Source: Christensenellaceae bacterium
Lineage (GTDB): Bacteria; Bacillota; Clostridia; Christensenellales; Borkfalkiaceae
Assembly (NCBI GenBank): GCA_045614165.1
Contig: JAZLCK010000004.1
Location: forward strand, 1,889-65,888
DNA length: 64,000 bases
Reading direction: 5' to 3'
This document shows, piece by piece, positions 37,990-47,653 of the stretch. Within the stretch, counting starts at the first letter, position 1, and the number at the start of each line of letters is the position of its first letter. A program made the translations under genes and the position numbers. The notes beneath the pieces are model-generated. The model ran no database searches. It was given only the letters and a program-made list of their open reading frames with translations, and was not told the DNA's origin.

Positions 37990-38514
37990 ATGATGTACTT
38001 TTTACTACTTACTGCTTTTACCGTGAGCGTGGATTCGTTTATTTGCGGATTTTCGCTTGCAAAAACTTCTAATAAAAAACGCCAAATAATCGCTTGTGTT
38101 TTCTTAACGGTTTTACTTATGTGTTTTTTTACTAATTATTCGGCTTTACTACTTAAAAACGTAAACCCCGTTTACACTTCGGTTATAGGCGCTATTATTC
38201 TCATTTTAGTTGGAATTTATAACCTATTTTTCACCACGAACAACCAGAGCGAAAAGATAGCTTCTAAAGCTTTTATACTAGCGGGTTTTGCCGTTGGTTT
38301 AGACGGCGCAATGGCTAACCTATCCCTTTCGCTTATGGGCATAAATTCGTTTTACGTGCCTATAATTATTGCAGTTATGCACGCTATTATGGTGCTGTTA
38401 GGAATAATACTTTCTAACGTTAAATTATGGGCAAAAATTATGCGATACAACTTTATTTCGCCCGTTATTTTAATAGCGCTTGGCGCGTATAAACTACTAG
38501 AAATTTTTATTTAA
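37990..38514 (+). CDS. mntP: manganese efflux pump MntP family protein
   Basis: 174 aa, about 6 TM. N-terminal TVSVDSFICGFSL and a repeated second half (AVGLDGAMANLSL) are typical of MntP/DUF204. Confidence 0.75.
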   Translation: MMYFLLLTAFTVSVDSFICGFSLAKTSNKKRQIIACVFLTVLLMCFFTNYSALLLKNVNPVYTSVIGAIILILVGIYNLFFTTNNQSEKIASKAFILAGFAVGLDGAMANLSLSLMGINSFYVPIIIAVMHAIMVLLGIILSNVKLWAKIMRYNFISPVILIALGAYKLLEIFI

Positions 38515-38518
38515 ACTT

Positions 38519-38552
38519 AAAAGCGAAAGCACCTTTTGCGCTTTCGCTTTAA
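38519..38552. terminator. bidirectional hairpin terminator
   Basis: AAGCGAAAGC...GCTTTCGCTT (10-bp stem) between convergent mntP and the ABC ATPase gene, with A/T runs on each flank. Confidence 0.65.
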
Positions 38553-38584
38553 ACCTTTATATATCATTAAAAATTTAGCACTTA

Positions 38585-39481
38585 TTATAGCACCTTAGAC
38601 AAAAATTCTTTAAGTCTTTCGTCTTTAGGGCTTTCGAAAAATTCTTTTGGCGAATTTTCTTCTTTTATAACGCCGTCGTCCATAAACATTATCCTAGATG
38701 CTACTTCTTTCGCAAAGCCCATTTCGTGTGTGACAACGACCATCGTCATACCTTCTTTTGCAAGAGCAGTCATAACGTTTAGAACTTCGCCAACCATTTC
38801 TGGGTCTAACGCAGAAGTAGGTTCGTCAAAGAGCATTACGTCTGGTTCCATAGCAAGCGCTCTAACGATTGCAACACGTTGTTTTTGCCCGCCAGATAAT
38901 GCCGATGGATAGTCTTTTGCCCTATCTTTTAGGCCTACTTTGTCAAGTAGTTCAAGCGCCTTAGAAACTGCTTGTTCTTCTGTTAACTTTTTAAGTTTAA
39001 CGGGCGCAAGCGTTATGTTGTCTAAAATGGTTAGGTGTGGGAACAAGTTGAATTGTTGGAACACCATACCGATTTTTTGGCGATGCACCGTTATAGATTT
39101 ATCAAGAACCTTTTTAATTGCTTTTTCTTCGGTTTTTTGGGCGTTATACTCTGCTTTTAGGTTTTGAATTTCATTATCTAGTTTTACTTTTTCTTCTACA
39201 CTTGCAGTTTTTAGTTTTGCTTTAAGTTCGTTAATTTTTTCTAGCGTATAAACGCTGTAAGTTTTAAAAATTAGTTCGTCTTCAAACAAAATTTCGCCAG
39301 CAGTTGGGTTTTCTAGCATATTAAGACACCTTAAAAAGGTGGATTTACCACAACCTGATGGGCCGATAATTGCAACAACGTCGCCTTTTTTAATTTCGGT
39401 GTTAATACCTTTTAGAACTTTGTTATCGCCAAAGTTTTTGCAAAGGTTTTTTACGTTTAATATTATTTTATTTTCACTCAT
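38585..39481 (-). CDS. amino acid ABC transporter ATP-binding protein with coiled-coil insertion
   Basis: 298 aa. Walker [11 protein letters not shown]-loop [23 protein letters not shown], Walker [12 protein letters not shown]. An extra roughly 45-55 aa charged segment lies between Walker A and the Q-loop. Confidence 0.9.
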   Translation of the reverse strand: MSENKIILNVKNLCKNFGDNKVLKGINTEIKKGDVVAIIGPSGCGKSTFLRCLNMLENPTAGEILFEDELIFKTYSVYTLEKINELKAKLKTASVEEKVKLDNEIQNLKAEYNAQKTEEKAIKKVLDKSITVHRQKIGMVFQQFNLFPHLTILDNITLAPVKLKKLTEEQAVSKALELLDKVGLKDRAKDYPSALSGGQKQRVAIVRALAMEPDVMLFDEPTSALDPEMVGEVLNVMTALAKEGMTMVVVTHEMGFAKEVASRIMFMDDGVIKEENSPKEFFESPKDERLKEFLSKVL

Positions 39482-39483
39482 AA

Positions 39484-40170
39484 TTACGTCCTATCACTTT
39501 TAGCGAATTTCTTTTCTAATACTTTTAGAATTTGTGTTAGCCCTATTACGATTATTAGATATAACACAGCCGAAACGATATATGGCATAAACGGGTCTAA
39601 CGTTTTTGCTGTAATGTTTGCGGCAATTTTCGTGATATCTTTAACACCGATAGTGCCCACAATAGAGGTTTCTTTAATGAGTGCGATAAATTCATTAAAT
39701 AACGCTGGAAGCGCCCTTCTAAAACCTTGTGGCAAAACGATATTAACCATAATTTTGAATTTAGAGAGCCCAAGTGATGCGCCGGCTTCTATTTGCCCGT
39801 CGTCAACTGATTCTAAGCCACCACGAATTATTTCTGCAACGTATGCACCTGAGTTGATACCAAAGGTAAGCATTGCAATAGGTAGTGTTGGCAAGGCAAC
39901 TAATACGATAAAATACATTATGAGTAATTGAACGTACACGGGAGTTCCACGGAATATGGTTAAGTAAAAATCGCATATTTTCGCGCCAATCTTAAAGTTG
40001 CCAAATTTCTTGTTTACGTATTTTATTAGCGCTACGATAACGCCGATTATTACACCGATAGCGATTGCACATAAAGAAATAAGAACTGTTCTTCCTACCC
40101 CTTCTACATACCATAGCCAACGATTATCTTTAATTAATGTGCTGTAAAACATATTTATCCCTTTATTCAC
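39484..40170 (-). CDS. amino acid ABC transporter permease (HisM/GlnP type)
   Basis: 228 aa, polytopic. EAA-like loop [22 protein letters not shown]. Confidence 0.9.
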   Translation of the reverse strand: MNKGINMFYSTLIKDNRWLWYVEGVGRTVLISLCAIAIGVIIGVIVALIKYVNKKFGNFKIGAKICDFYLTIFRGTPVYVQLLIMYFIVLVALPTLPIAMLTFGINSGAYVAEIIRGGLESVDDGQIEAGASLGLSKFKIMVNIVLPQGFRRALPALFNEFIALIKETSIVGTIGVKDITKIAANITAKTLDPFMPYIVSAVLYLIIVIGLTQILKVLEKKFAKSDRT

Positions 40171-40227
40171 GCTAAAAGGTAGGCCTAATTTGGTCTACCT
40201 TTTTAGACGTATTTTGATTTATTTTAA

Positions 40228-41043
40228 TTAACCTACTAAACTTAATGCTGGAAGTTTATCTAATACGATGAAATCAATTTTACCAGTTTTAAGAGCGGTG
40301 AAAGCAACTGGACCACTATCGTATTCTACTAGGGTTGCACCAGTATCTTTAAGTACGCCACTATTAATTGCTTCTTCTACAAGGAATGAACCAGTAGTAC
40401 CTTTTTGAACACCGATTTTTGCGCCTGCAAGTTGTTCTAATTTAGTGAACGCTTTATCTTTTGCAGAAATGATGTATTGAATTGAACTTACATATGGTTC
40501 AGAGAAATCTAGGGTTGCTTTTCTTTCGTCGTTAATAGTGATACCTGCTGCACCGATTGCATTGTCTTCGGTAGCAACTTTACCACAAATACCATCGAAT
40601 AACATATCGGTTACGTTGAGTTTCATATTAAGTTCTTCGCAAACCAAAGCCATTAAGTGCATATCAACACCAATAACTTCGTTGTTTTCGTCGATGAACT
40701 CAAATGGAGCGAAACCAGATTCGGTATATACGTTAAGAACTCCTGCGGTGTTATCTGAAAGGTCAGGTAATTCAAAAGTTCCGGTTGGGGTTTGGTCTTC
40801 GTAAATCGCAGTATAGTATTCGATTAAACCTGCAACGTCGGTATCAGAGATAACGTCGTTCATCGCTTCAAGAATTTGTGCTTTTTTGCTTGAATTTTTA
40901 CCAATAGCAAAACCGAATTCTTCACCTTCAATACCTTCGATAGCATTTGCTACGTAGTCACCTTTTCCGCCACATGCTGTTAAGCCGATTGAAAACGTTA
41001 AGGCTAAAACGCAAGTGAGCAATAAAGTAATAAGTTTTTTCAT
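40228..41043 (-). CDS. amino acid ABC transporter substrate-binding lipoprotein (family 3)
   Basis: 271 aa. Lipobox GLTAC-G. SBP_bac_3-like body. Confidence 0.85.
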   Translation of the reverse strand: MKKLITLLLTCVLALTFSIGLTACGGKGDYVANAIEGIEGEEFGFAIGKNSSKKAQILEAMNDVISDTDVAGLIEYYTAIYEDQTPTGTFELPDLSDNTAGVLNVYTESGFAPFEFIDENNEVIGVDMHLMALVCEELNMKLNVTDMLFDGICGKVATEDNAIGAAGITINDERKATLDFSEPYVSSIQYIISAKDKAFTKLEQLAGAKIGVQKGTTGSFLVEEAINSGVLKDTGATLVEYDSGPVAFTALKTGKIDFIVLDKLPALSLVG

Positions 41044-41099
41044 TTTTTATTCTCCTTTTATGTTCGCCAAGATAGGCGTGTTTTCATTTTACGTTTATT

Positions 41100-41128
41100 A
41101 CTATACACCCCAAAACTATGTTTGTCAA
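41100..41128 (-). promoter_or_regulatory. sigma70-type promoter for the ABC transporter operon
   Basis: Minus strand reads TTGACA (41128-41123), 17-nt spacer, TATAGT (41105-41100). Confidence 0.55.
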
Positions 41129-41229
41129 CTATTTTTATGTATAATTTTGAAAATTTTTCATTTTTTTTGAAAATTTATTTATATTTTTGAATAATTTAGT
41201 GAATAATTACAAATTTAATGAATATTTTT

Positions 41230-41266
41230 AACAAAAAAAGAAAAACCCGCCTTTTATAGCGGGTTT
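41230..41266 (-). terminator. intrinsic terminator after degV-family gene
   Basis: Stem AACCCGC/GCGGGTT followed by a long U-run on the minus strand. Confidence 0.7.
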
Positions 41267-41305
41267 TGTTTGTGTGTATTAGCATATAATATTCATATTG
41301 TTTTG

Positions 41306-42157
41306 TTATTCCGCCTTATCCCCGTCGTTTATAAAGAGAATACCTAGGCAGTTTTCGCCACAATGGCTAGTAATAGTTCCACCTGCGCGCGTTATATATA
41401 CGTTTTTAAAGCCACGATTTATTAGGTGGTTTTTAGCCGTTTCGATTGCTTCTGGGCTTGCCGTGGTGTAAGTGACGAAACCAACGCTAAGGTCAGGCGA
41501 AGAAAATTCTTCTAAAACGTCTTTACAATAAGTATTAACGCCGTGTTCAAAATTGCCACGATATTTTTTACCCGAAACCATCTTTCCATCTTTAAGCACT
41601 ATTTGCGGGCGAATTTTTAGTAGGTTTGCACCAAGGTATACGAGCGCGTTGCATCTTCCACCTTTATAAAGGTAGTCAACGCGTTTAAGAATAAAACTTG
41701 CCGAAACGCTTGCCGCCCTTGCTTGCACCTTTTTATATATTTGTTCTATTGACACGTTTTCTTTTGCAAGTTTAGTAGCGTAGAGTGCTAGTAGCGCTAT
41801 ACCTGTTGAAAGAGAGCGCGAATCTATTACGTAAACGTTTTTTAGTTCTTTTGATACGGCAAGGGCGTTTTCATATGCACTTGATAGTTCTGACGATAAT
41901 GAAATGTGAATTATGCCGTCGTATTCTTTTAATATTTCGGTAAAATGTTCTTCGTAAGTAATGCGATTAACAGCGCCCGTTTTAGGAAGAATTTTATTAT
42001 CGTCTACAAACTTTATTATTTCGTCGCAAGTGATATCGCCGTCTTTATAATCTTTATCCCCTAAAAACACGGTAAAAGGCACTACTTTTATATCGTTTTC
42101 TTTAATGAGTTCTTTAGATAGGTCTGATGCCGTTTCTACTGAAATTGCTATTTTCAT
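41306..42157 (-). CDS. DegV family fatty-acid-binding protein
   Basis: MKIAISVETASDL start preceded by AAGGAG (the track start 42193 is upstream of the SD). DegV-type pattern throughout. Confidence 0.88.
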   Translation of the reverse strand: MKIAISVETASDLSKELIKENDIKVVPFTVFLGDKDYKDGDITCDEIIKFVDDNKILPKTGAVNRITYEEHFTEILKEYDGIIHISLSSELSSAYENALAVSKELKNVYVIDSRSLSTGIALLALYATKLAKENVSIEQIYKKVQARAASVSASFILKRVDYLYKGGRCNALVYLGANLLKIRPQIVLKDGKMVSGKKYRGNFEHGVNTYCKDVLEEFSSPDLSVGFVTYTTASPEAIETAKNHLINRGFKNVYITRAGGTITSHCGENCLGILFINDGDKAE

Positions 42158-42349
42158 AACTACTCCTTGTTTTAGAAAAAATTTATTAACCAACGTGTTT
42201 TATTATATTTTATCGCAACGCTTTTAGCAACCTACTTTGTCGGTTTTGACTTCTACATTTTGTTTTTCACACTCTACCGACAGTAGAAAGTGTAATTTTT
42301 TATGCTTTTTTGTTTGCTTTTTGTTGGTTTTTGTGATATATTGTGTTAT

Positions 42350-42946
42350 ATGGATATAAAAGAAAACTTGGCTACAAACTTAATAAATTTTAGAAAAGCC
42401 AACAATTTAACCCAAGCAGAACTTGCTAAAAAACTCAATTATTCGGATAAAGCCGTTTCTAAGTGGGAACGTGGCGAATCTACGCCCGACCTTTCGGTGC
42501 TTCACGAAATAGCAGTTTTCTACGGCACAACCATTGATAAACTTATTTCTAACCCACAAGAAGTTAAGGTTAAACGCACTAGAATGTCTACCAAAAAGCG
42601 CTCTATCGTGTGTTTGATAGGCGCGTCTTTTGTTTGGCTACTTGCAATTTTATCTTTTGCAATCACTTCTTTAACAGACGCTGGGTTTTCTGTTGCGTGG
42701 TTATCGTTTATCTACGCCGTGCCACTTACCCTATTTATTCTTTGTATTTTCTTTTCGGTGTGGAAAAAGTCGTTAGGAAACTTGATTATTCTTTCTTTAC
42801 TTGTTTGGACTATTATTCTTTCGGTGTTTTTATCGTTTAGAGTTTTAAGCCCAACAACCACGCCTAATATTTGGCTGATATTTTTAATAGGCATACCCGT
42901 TCAGTTGTTGCTAGTTTTTTGGTACACCTTTAAGAGAGTTAGATAA
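42350..42946 (+). CDS. XRE-family HTH transcriptional regulator with C-terminal multi-TM domain
   Basis: MDIKENLATNLINFRKANNLTQAELAKKLNYSDKAVSKWERGES (Cro/C1 HTH), followed by about 4 hydrophobic helices. Confidence 0.85.
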   Translation: MDIKENLATNLINFRKANNLTQAELAKKLNYSDKAVSKWERGESTPDLSVLHEIAVFYGTTIDKLISNPQEVKVKRTRMSTKKRSIVCLIGASFVWLLAILSFAITSLTDAGFSVAWLSFIYAVPLTLFILCIFFSVWKKSLGNLIILSLLVWTIILSVFLSFRVLSPTTTPNIWLIFLIGIPVQLLLVFWYTFKRVR

Positions 42947-42961
42947 ATAAAACAAAATATA

Positions 42962-42995
42962 AACGCGTAAACCCTGTCGGTTTACGCGTTTTTTA
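42962..42995. terminator. bidirectional hairpin terminator
   Basis: 12-bp perfect stem AACGCGTAAACC/GGTTTACGCGTT, loop CTGTC, then T6. Lies between convergent genes. Confidence 0.8.
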
Positions 42996-45014
42996 GTTAA
43001 GTGCTATATCTTTTAATTTTTCGTATTTTGCTCTTGCATAGGCTTTAATCTTATCTAAATTTTCGCCCCTTTCAAATGCTTCGTCACTTATTTTTTTGGC
43101 AAGGAAAATACTTTCCGTTTTAAAGTTCAAAAAACCTAAATCGGTGGGCATTTTACCACTTTGTCTAACGCCCATAAAATCGCCTGAACCACGAAGTTTA
43201 TAATCGGCTTCTGAAATCTTAAATCCGTCTGTATTAGATTTTATAACTTTTAGTCTTTCGATTGCAGTTTCGGTATTAGCGTTTGTTAGTAAAAAGCAAT
43301 AACTTTTTATATCAGAGCGCCCTACCCTACCACGTAGTTGATGCAGTTGCGAAAGCCCAAATCTTTCGGCGTTATAGATTACCATTACGCTAGCGTTTGG
43401 CACGTCTACACCGACTTCTATTACCGTTGTCGAAACCAAAATTTGATATTCGTTATTCTTAAAGTCTTGCATAACGGCAGTCTTTTCTTTTTCTTTTAGT
43501 TTGCCGTGTAGTAAACCGATTTTTATATCGGGCATTTTTGCTTTTAAACTTTCATAAATTTCTTTTGCGCTTTCGGTTTCCCCTTCTTCATCGCCTTCTA
43601 TTCGTGGACAAACGAAATAGGCTTGCCTGCCTGAAAGAACTTCTTTTTTAATAAAACCAAGCATATCTACGTACTTTTCTAGTGGAACGATATTCGTTTG
43701 TATTTCTTGCCTATTTTTTGGCTTATCGGCGATGGTGGTTATTTGTAAGTCGCCGTAAAAAATTAAGGCTAGCGTTCTTGGAATAGGTGTTGCACTCATT
43801 ACCAAAATGTCTGGGGTTATTCCTTTATTGAGCATTGCACTACGTTGCGCGACGCCAAAACGTTGCTGTTCGTCGCATATACATAACGATAGGTTCTTAA
43901 ATTCTACGTCTTCGGTAAGTAATGCATGAGTGCCAACCAAAACGTCTATTTCGCCATTTTTTAGGCGTTCTTTGATAGATTTTTTCTCTTTTGCCGTTAG
44001 TGAACCGACTAAAAGTTCAACACTTTTATCCTTAAACAAGTTTTTAAGCACCGTGTAGTTTTGTTTTGCCAAAACTTCGGTTGGAGCAAGCATAGAAACT
44101 TGATAAGAAGATGAAAGCGCGATATAAATTGCAACGCTAGATACTGCCGTTTTACCACTACCAACGTCGCCTTGCAATAGCCTATTCATAACGTATTCGC
44201 CTTTTAGGTCTGCAAAAATTTCGTTAACGGCTTTCTTTTGTCCATCGGTAAACTCAAACGGAAAGTTGTTTTTTATAAAATCAACTAAATCTTTTGCCGT
44301 GCAAGAATATTTATTAGTTCTTGCCGTTTGGTTGCCACCATATAGCGTTTTATACGCTGAAATTAGTGCAAAATATTCTTCGATTGCTATTCTATTAGAC
44401 GCTTCTTCTAGGCTCTTAAAATCGGTGGGGTTATGCACCGTTTTATAGGCGTGATAAAGGTCTATAAGTCCGTATTTTCTTTGAAGTGATAGTGGCACCA
44501 TACTTTGTGGTTTTTCTAAGTCAACCGAAAGTCTTACTGCATCTCTAAGCACCTTTTGTGGAATACCACCTTTTATGGCGTAATGCGGAACTATCCCCTT
44601 TAATCTAAACGCTTTGTCGCACGGCTCAAAAGTTGGATTTACAAGCATAATAGCATCGCCTTCGCGCCTTACCCTACCATAGAACAAATATTCTTCGCCT
44701 TCTTTTAGTTTTTGCGCCACGTAAGGCTGATTAAACCAGATTATATTAAAGGTTAAGCCATCTTGTTCACAAACGGCTTTTACGGTGCCTGCGCCGTGCT
44801 TATAGTATCTTATCGGTGGAAGAATTATAACTTTTGCAACGGTTAAAACGATATCGTTATGATAGGCGTGGTTAAGCATACGCTTTTCCCTTAAATCTAG
44901 ATAGTTTTTAGGAAAACAGCGCATTAAATCTGCCGTATCATTGATGCCAATTTTATTAAGTTCAGCATTACGCTTATCGTTTATTCCGCGAATTTTATAT
45001 AGTTCCATACTCAT
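42993..45014 (-). CDS. recG: ATP-dependent DNA helicase RecG
   Basis: 673 aa. Wedge domain plus SF2 helicase motifs (GDVGSGKT, DEQQRFG, SATPIPRT, QLRGRVGR). Confidence 0.96.
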   Translation of the reverse strand: MSMELYKIRGINDKRNAELNKIGINDTADLMRCFPKNYLDLREKRMLNHAYHNDIVLTVAKVIILPPIRYYKHGAGTVKAVCEQDGLTFNIIWFNQPYVAQKLKEGEEYLFYGRVRREGDAIMLVNPTFEPCDKAFRLKGIVPHYAIKGGIPQKVLRDAVRLSVDLEKPQSMVPLSLQRKYGLIDLYHAYKTVHNPTDFKSLEEASNRIAIEEYFALISAYKTLYGGNQTARTNKYSCTAKDLVDFIKNNFPFEFTDGQKKAVNEIFADLKGEYVMNRLLQGDVGSGKTAVSSVAIYIALSSSYQVSMLAPTEVLAKQNYTVLKNLFKDKSVELLVGSLTAKEKKSIKERLKNGEIDVLVGTHALLTEDVEFKNLSLCICDEQQRFGVAQRSAMLNKGITPDILVMSATPIPRTLALIFYGDLQITTIADKPKNRQEIQTNIVPLEKYVDMLGFIKKEVLSGRQAYFVCPRIEGDEEGETESAKEIYESLKAKMPDIKIGLLHGKLKEKEKTAVMQDFKNNEYQILVSTTVIEVGVDVPNASVMVIYNAERFGLSQLHQLRGRVGRSDIKSYCFLLTNANTETAIERLKVIKSNTDGFKISEADYKLRGSGDFMGVRQSGKMPTDLGFLNFKTESIFLAKKISDEAFERGENLDKIKAYARAKYEKLKDIALN

Positions 45015-45024
45015 TATAAAGAAA

Positions 45025-45045
45025 GGGAAAGATTTGTTCTTTCCC
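45025..45045 (-). terminator. hairpin between yloV-like gene and recG (possible partial terminator)
   Basis: GGGAAAGA-loop-TCTTTCCC (8 bp), followed by a U-rich tract on the minus strand. It ends about 10 nt before the recG ATG. Confidence 0.35.
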
Positions 45046-45062
45046 CGCTTTGTTTTTTATGT

Positions 45063-46691
45063 TTATTCTAGTGCAATATAATAATAGTAAATAGGTTGAC
45101 CACCGAAATGAACTTCTACGTCACAATCAGGGTATCTTTCTTGGATAATCTTTTGAACCGCAAGCGCGTCTGCCTCTTTTACGTCTTTGCCGTAGTACAA
45201 GGTTATCATACATTCATCGCTACGGAGTTTTTCAATTAAGTCTATTGTCACAAGTCCAAGGTCAGAGCCCGAAGAAATAATTTTCTTGTTGTCTAAACCT
45301 ATAATGTCGTCTTTTTTAATTTCTATGCCGTTTACGTTAGTGTTTCTAACAGCATAAGTCACTTGCCCAACCGTCACAGAGTCTAGCGCGTGAATCATAT
45401 TAGCCTTATTTTCGTCTACCGAAAGGTCTGGGTTGAACGCTAATGCAGCGGCAAAACCTTGTGGGATATTTTTGGTTGGTATAACGTGAATTCGTTTGTT
45501 TTCTACAAGCGATTTTGCTTGTTCTGCCGCAAGAATTATGTTCTTGTTGTTAGGGAATACAAACACGTTTTCGGCGTTAATTCTCATTACTGCATCGGCT
45601 ATATCGCTTGCAGATGGGTTCATTGATTGTCCACCTTCTACAACACCGTCTACCATAATGTCTTTGAATATGCTAGTAATACCCGTTCCCGCAGTAATTG
45701 CAAGCATACCCATAACTTTCTTTTCTTCTTCGTATTTTTTAACTAGAGCACGATTTTGCTCTAACATATTTTCGATTTTAAGTTTATCAAGTTCGCCAAG
45801 TGCAAGTGCTTCGGTTAGCGCTTTACCCGGTTCGTTGGTGTGAACGTGAACTTTTACAAACTCTAAGTCACCAATAACGATAACGCAGTCGCCAATCGTC
45901 ATTAGAGTTTCTTTTAATCTTTCGATGTCTGCCATCGTGGTTTTCTTTTTAAGGTTTATAATAAAGAATTCGGTGCAGTATGCAAATTCGATATTTCCAA
46001 GGCTCATAATGTCAGCGTGTTCCATTACGGTTTCGCTTGACTTTGTATCAGGAACAACGGTTGCACCCGTTACGGTTTCGCCAAGAATTGCTTTTTGCAT
46101 ACCAAGGAATATGCACATAAGCCCTTCACCACCGGCATCTACAACGCCTGCTTTTTTAAGAACAGGAAGTAGGTCTGGCGTGAGTGCTACTGCATTTTGA
46201 CCAGAAGTGATAATTTCGGTGAAAATGCCTTCGAAATCTTTATGTTTATTTTTAACTGATTGTAGGTGTTCTGCAATCATTCTAATAACGGTTAGAATAG
46301 TACCTTCTTTTGGTTTACTAACTGCTGAATATGCAATTTCAGCACCCGTTAAAATTGCACGGCAGAAAGTCTTTACGTCTGCCTCTTCATCTTTAACTAA
46401 AACTGAACATATACCCCTAATGATTTGTGAAAGGATAACGCCAGAGTTCCCCCTTGCACCACGAAGCGCGCCCTTAGACGCTGCGCTTGCAAGTTCTGAA
46501 AGTTTATTGCTATTACAATTCATAACTTCTTTAACAGAAGATTGAATTGTTAAGGACATATTAGTACCGGTATCTCCGTCTGGAACAGGGAATACATTTA
46601 ACGCGTCTACTTTAACTCTGTTTACTTCAAGCATTTTAGACGCCGTAAGCATCATATTCCTAAACATTTGCCCGTTTATAGTTTTAACCAT
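45063..46691 (-). CDS. DAK2 domain fusion protein YloV
   Basis: 542 aa. N-terminal DhaL-like region (FPVPDGDTGTNM) and C-terminal DegV-like half. Conserved asp23-yloV-recG order. Confidence 0.9.
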   Translation of the reverse strand: MVKTINGQMFRNMMLTASKMLEVNRVKVDALNVFPVPDGDTGTNMSLTIQSSVKEVMNCNSNKLSELASAASKGALRGARGNSGVILSQIIRGICSVLVKDEEADVKTFCRAILTGAEIAYSAVSKPKEGTILTVIRMIAEHLQSVKNKHKDFEGIFTEIITSGQNAVALTPDLLPVLKKAGVVDAGGEGLMCIFLGMQKAILGETVTGATVVPDTKSSETVMEHADIMSLGNIEFAYCTEFFIINLKKKTTMADIERLKETLMTIGDCVIVIGDLEFVKVHVHTNEPGKALTEALALGELDKLKIENMLEQNRALVKKYEEEKKVMGMLAITAGTGITSIFKDIMVDGVVEGGQSMNPSASDIADAVMRINAENVFVFPNNKNIILAAEQAKSLVENKRIHVIPTKNIPQGFAAALAFNPDLSVDENKANMIHALDSVTVGQVTYAVRNTNVNGIEIKKDDIIGLDNKKIISSGSDLGLVTIDLIEKLRSDECMITLYYGKDVKEADALAVQKIIQERYPDCDVEVHFGGQPIYYYYIALE

Positions 46692-46733
46692 GATTATATT
46701 TTACCCCAAAAATTTTGCTGATTGATTTTAAAA

Positions 46734-47084
46734 TTATCTTTGAACGCCCATAACGGTCACGTTCATAGTTTCGACTATCATACCTGTAAATTTTTCTACT
46801 TTATACTTAATAGATTCTTTAAGCGCCTCTACTACTGCTTTGATAGACACGCCGTATTTTACTATTATTGCAACGTTTATAGTAATCCTGTCGCCAGACG
46901 TAATTACTTTTACGCCCTTTACGTCAGAACCGAATTTAAAGAAACTGATTATAGAGTTCCACAAGTTAAGTGGCACAAATTCTACTATACCGTATGAATC
47001 TAGTGCAACGTGCGAAACAAACCTTTCTATTGTCTTATCGGAAATAACGATTTTACCGTAAACGTTGTTTGTTTTTACAGACAT
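46734..47084 (-). CDS. Asp23/Gls24 family envelope stress protein
   Basis: MSVKTNNVYGKIVISDKTIERFVSHVALDSYGIVEF. The start is set at the SD-preceded ATG 47084. Confidence 0.88.
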   Translation of the reverse strand: MSVKTNNVYGKIVISDKTIERFVSHVALDSYGIVEFVPLNLWNSIISFFKFGSDVKGVKVITSGDRITINVAIIVKYGVSIKAVVEALKESIKYKVEKFTGMIVETMNVTVMGVQR

Positions 47085-47296
47085 ACTTACCTCTTTTAAT
47101 ATTATTACTGATATTTTACAATATTTCTTGCCTTTTTGCAACCTTTTAATGTAAATAATTCAATTTTTTTATGCTAGGTTAAATTTTTTAAATTATTTTT
47201 TTAATATTATCCCTTAAAAACCTTGCATTTTTTTTAATTATATGTTAAAGTATTTGTTGTTATAAAGTTATAAATTAGGTCCGGAGGATAAATTAT

Positions 47297-47494
47297 ATGA
47301 GTAAAGTATGTAGCATTTGCGGTAAAGGTAAACTTTCAGGCAATACCGTTAGCCACTCTAACAGAAAAGCACCTACTCTTTTTGAAGCAAACCTTCAAAA
47401 AACCGAAGTAACCTTAAAAGACGGAACTACCGTTAAAGGTTATGTTTGCGCTAGATGTCTTAAAACTATTAGAAAAAACGGTGCTAAGGCGTAG
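47297..47494 (+). CDS. rpmB: 50S ribosomal protein L28
   Basis: 65 aa. MSKVCSICGKGKLSGNTVSHSNRK. Divergent from the asp23 operon, as in most Bacillota. Confidence 0.95.
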   Translation: MSKVCSICGKGKLSGNTVSHSNRKAPTLFEANLQKTEVTLKDGTTVKGYVCARCLKTIRKNGAKA

Positions 47495-47512
47495 TTTAAT
47501 TCTAAAATAATA

Positions 47513-47540
47513 ATGCAGTACGTTTGTACTGCATTTTTTA
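47513..47540 (+). terminator. intrinsic terminator after rpmB
   Basis: ATGCAGTAC-GTTT-GTACTGCAT followed by T6. Confidence 0.8.
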
Positions 47541-47599
47541 TTATTCTCATCTTCTTCGCGCCATTTTATTTCACCCGTTTTATGTTTACTTTTGTCTTT

Positions 47600-47640
47600 C
47601 TAAAAAAATAAACGCAGAGCAAATCGCTCTGCGTTTTTTG
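47600..47640. terminator. hairpin terminator after the GHL6-like gene (bidirectional shape)
   Basis: AACGCAGAGC-AAATC-GCTCTGCGTT (10 bp) with A7 upstream and T6 downstream. Confidence 0.8.
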
Positions 47641-47653
47641 TTTTGTGATTTTT

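Noticed and set aside
42232-42286. The imperfect inverted repeat CTACT(TT)GTCGGT...ACCGACAGTAG in the degV/XRE divergent intergenic region.
   Set aside because: The arms are about 30 nt apart with a bulge. I could not tie the repeat to a convincing promoter or terminator, so it may be an operator for the XRE regulator, but the evidence is too thin to list as a finding.
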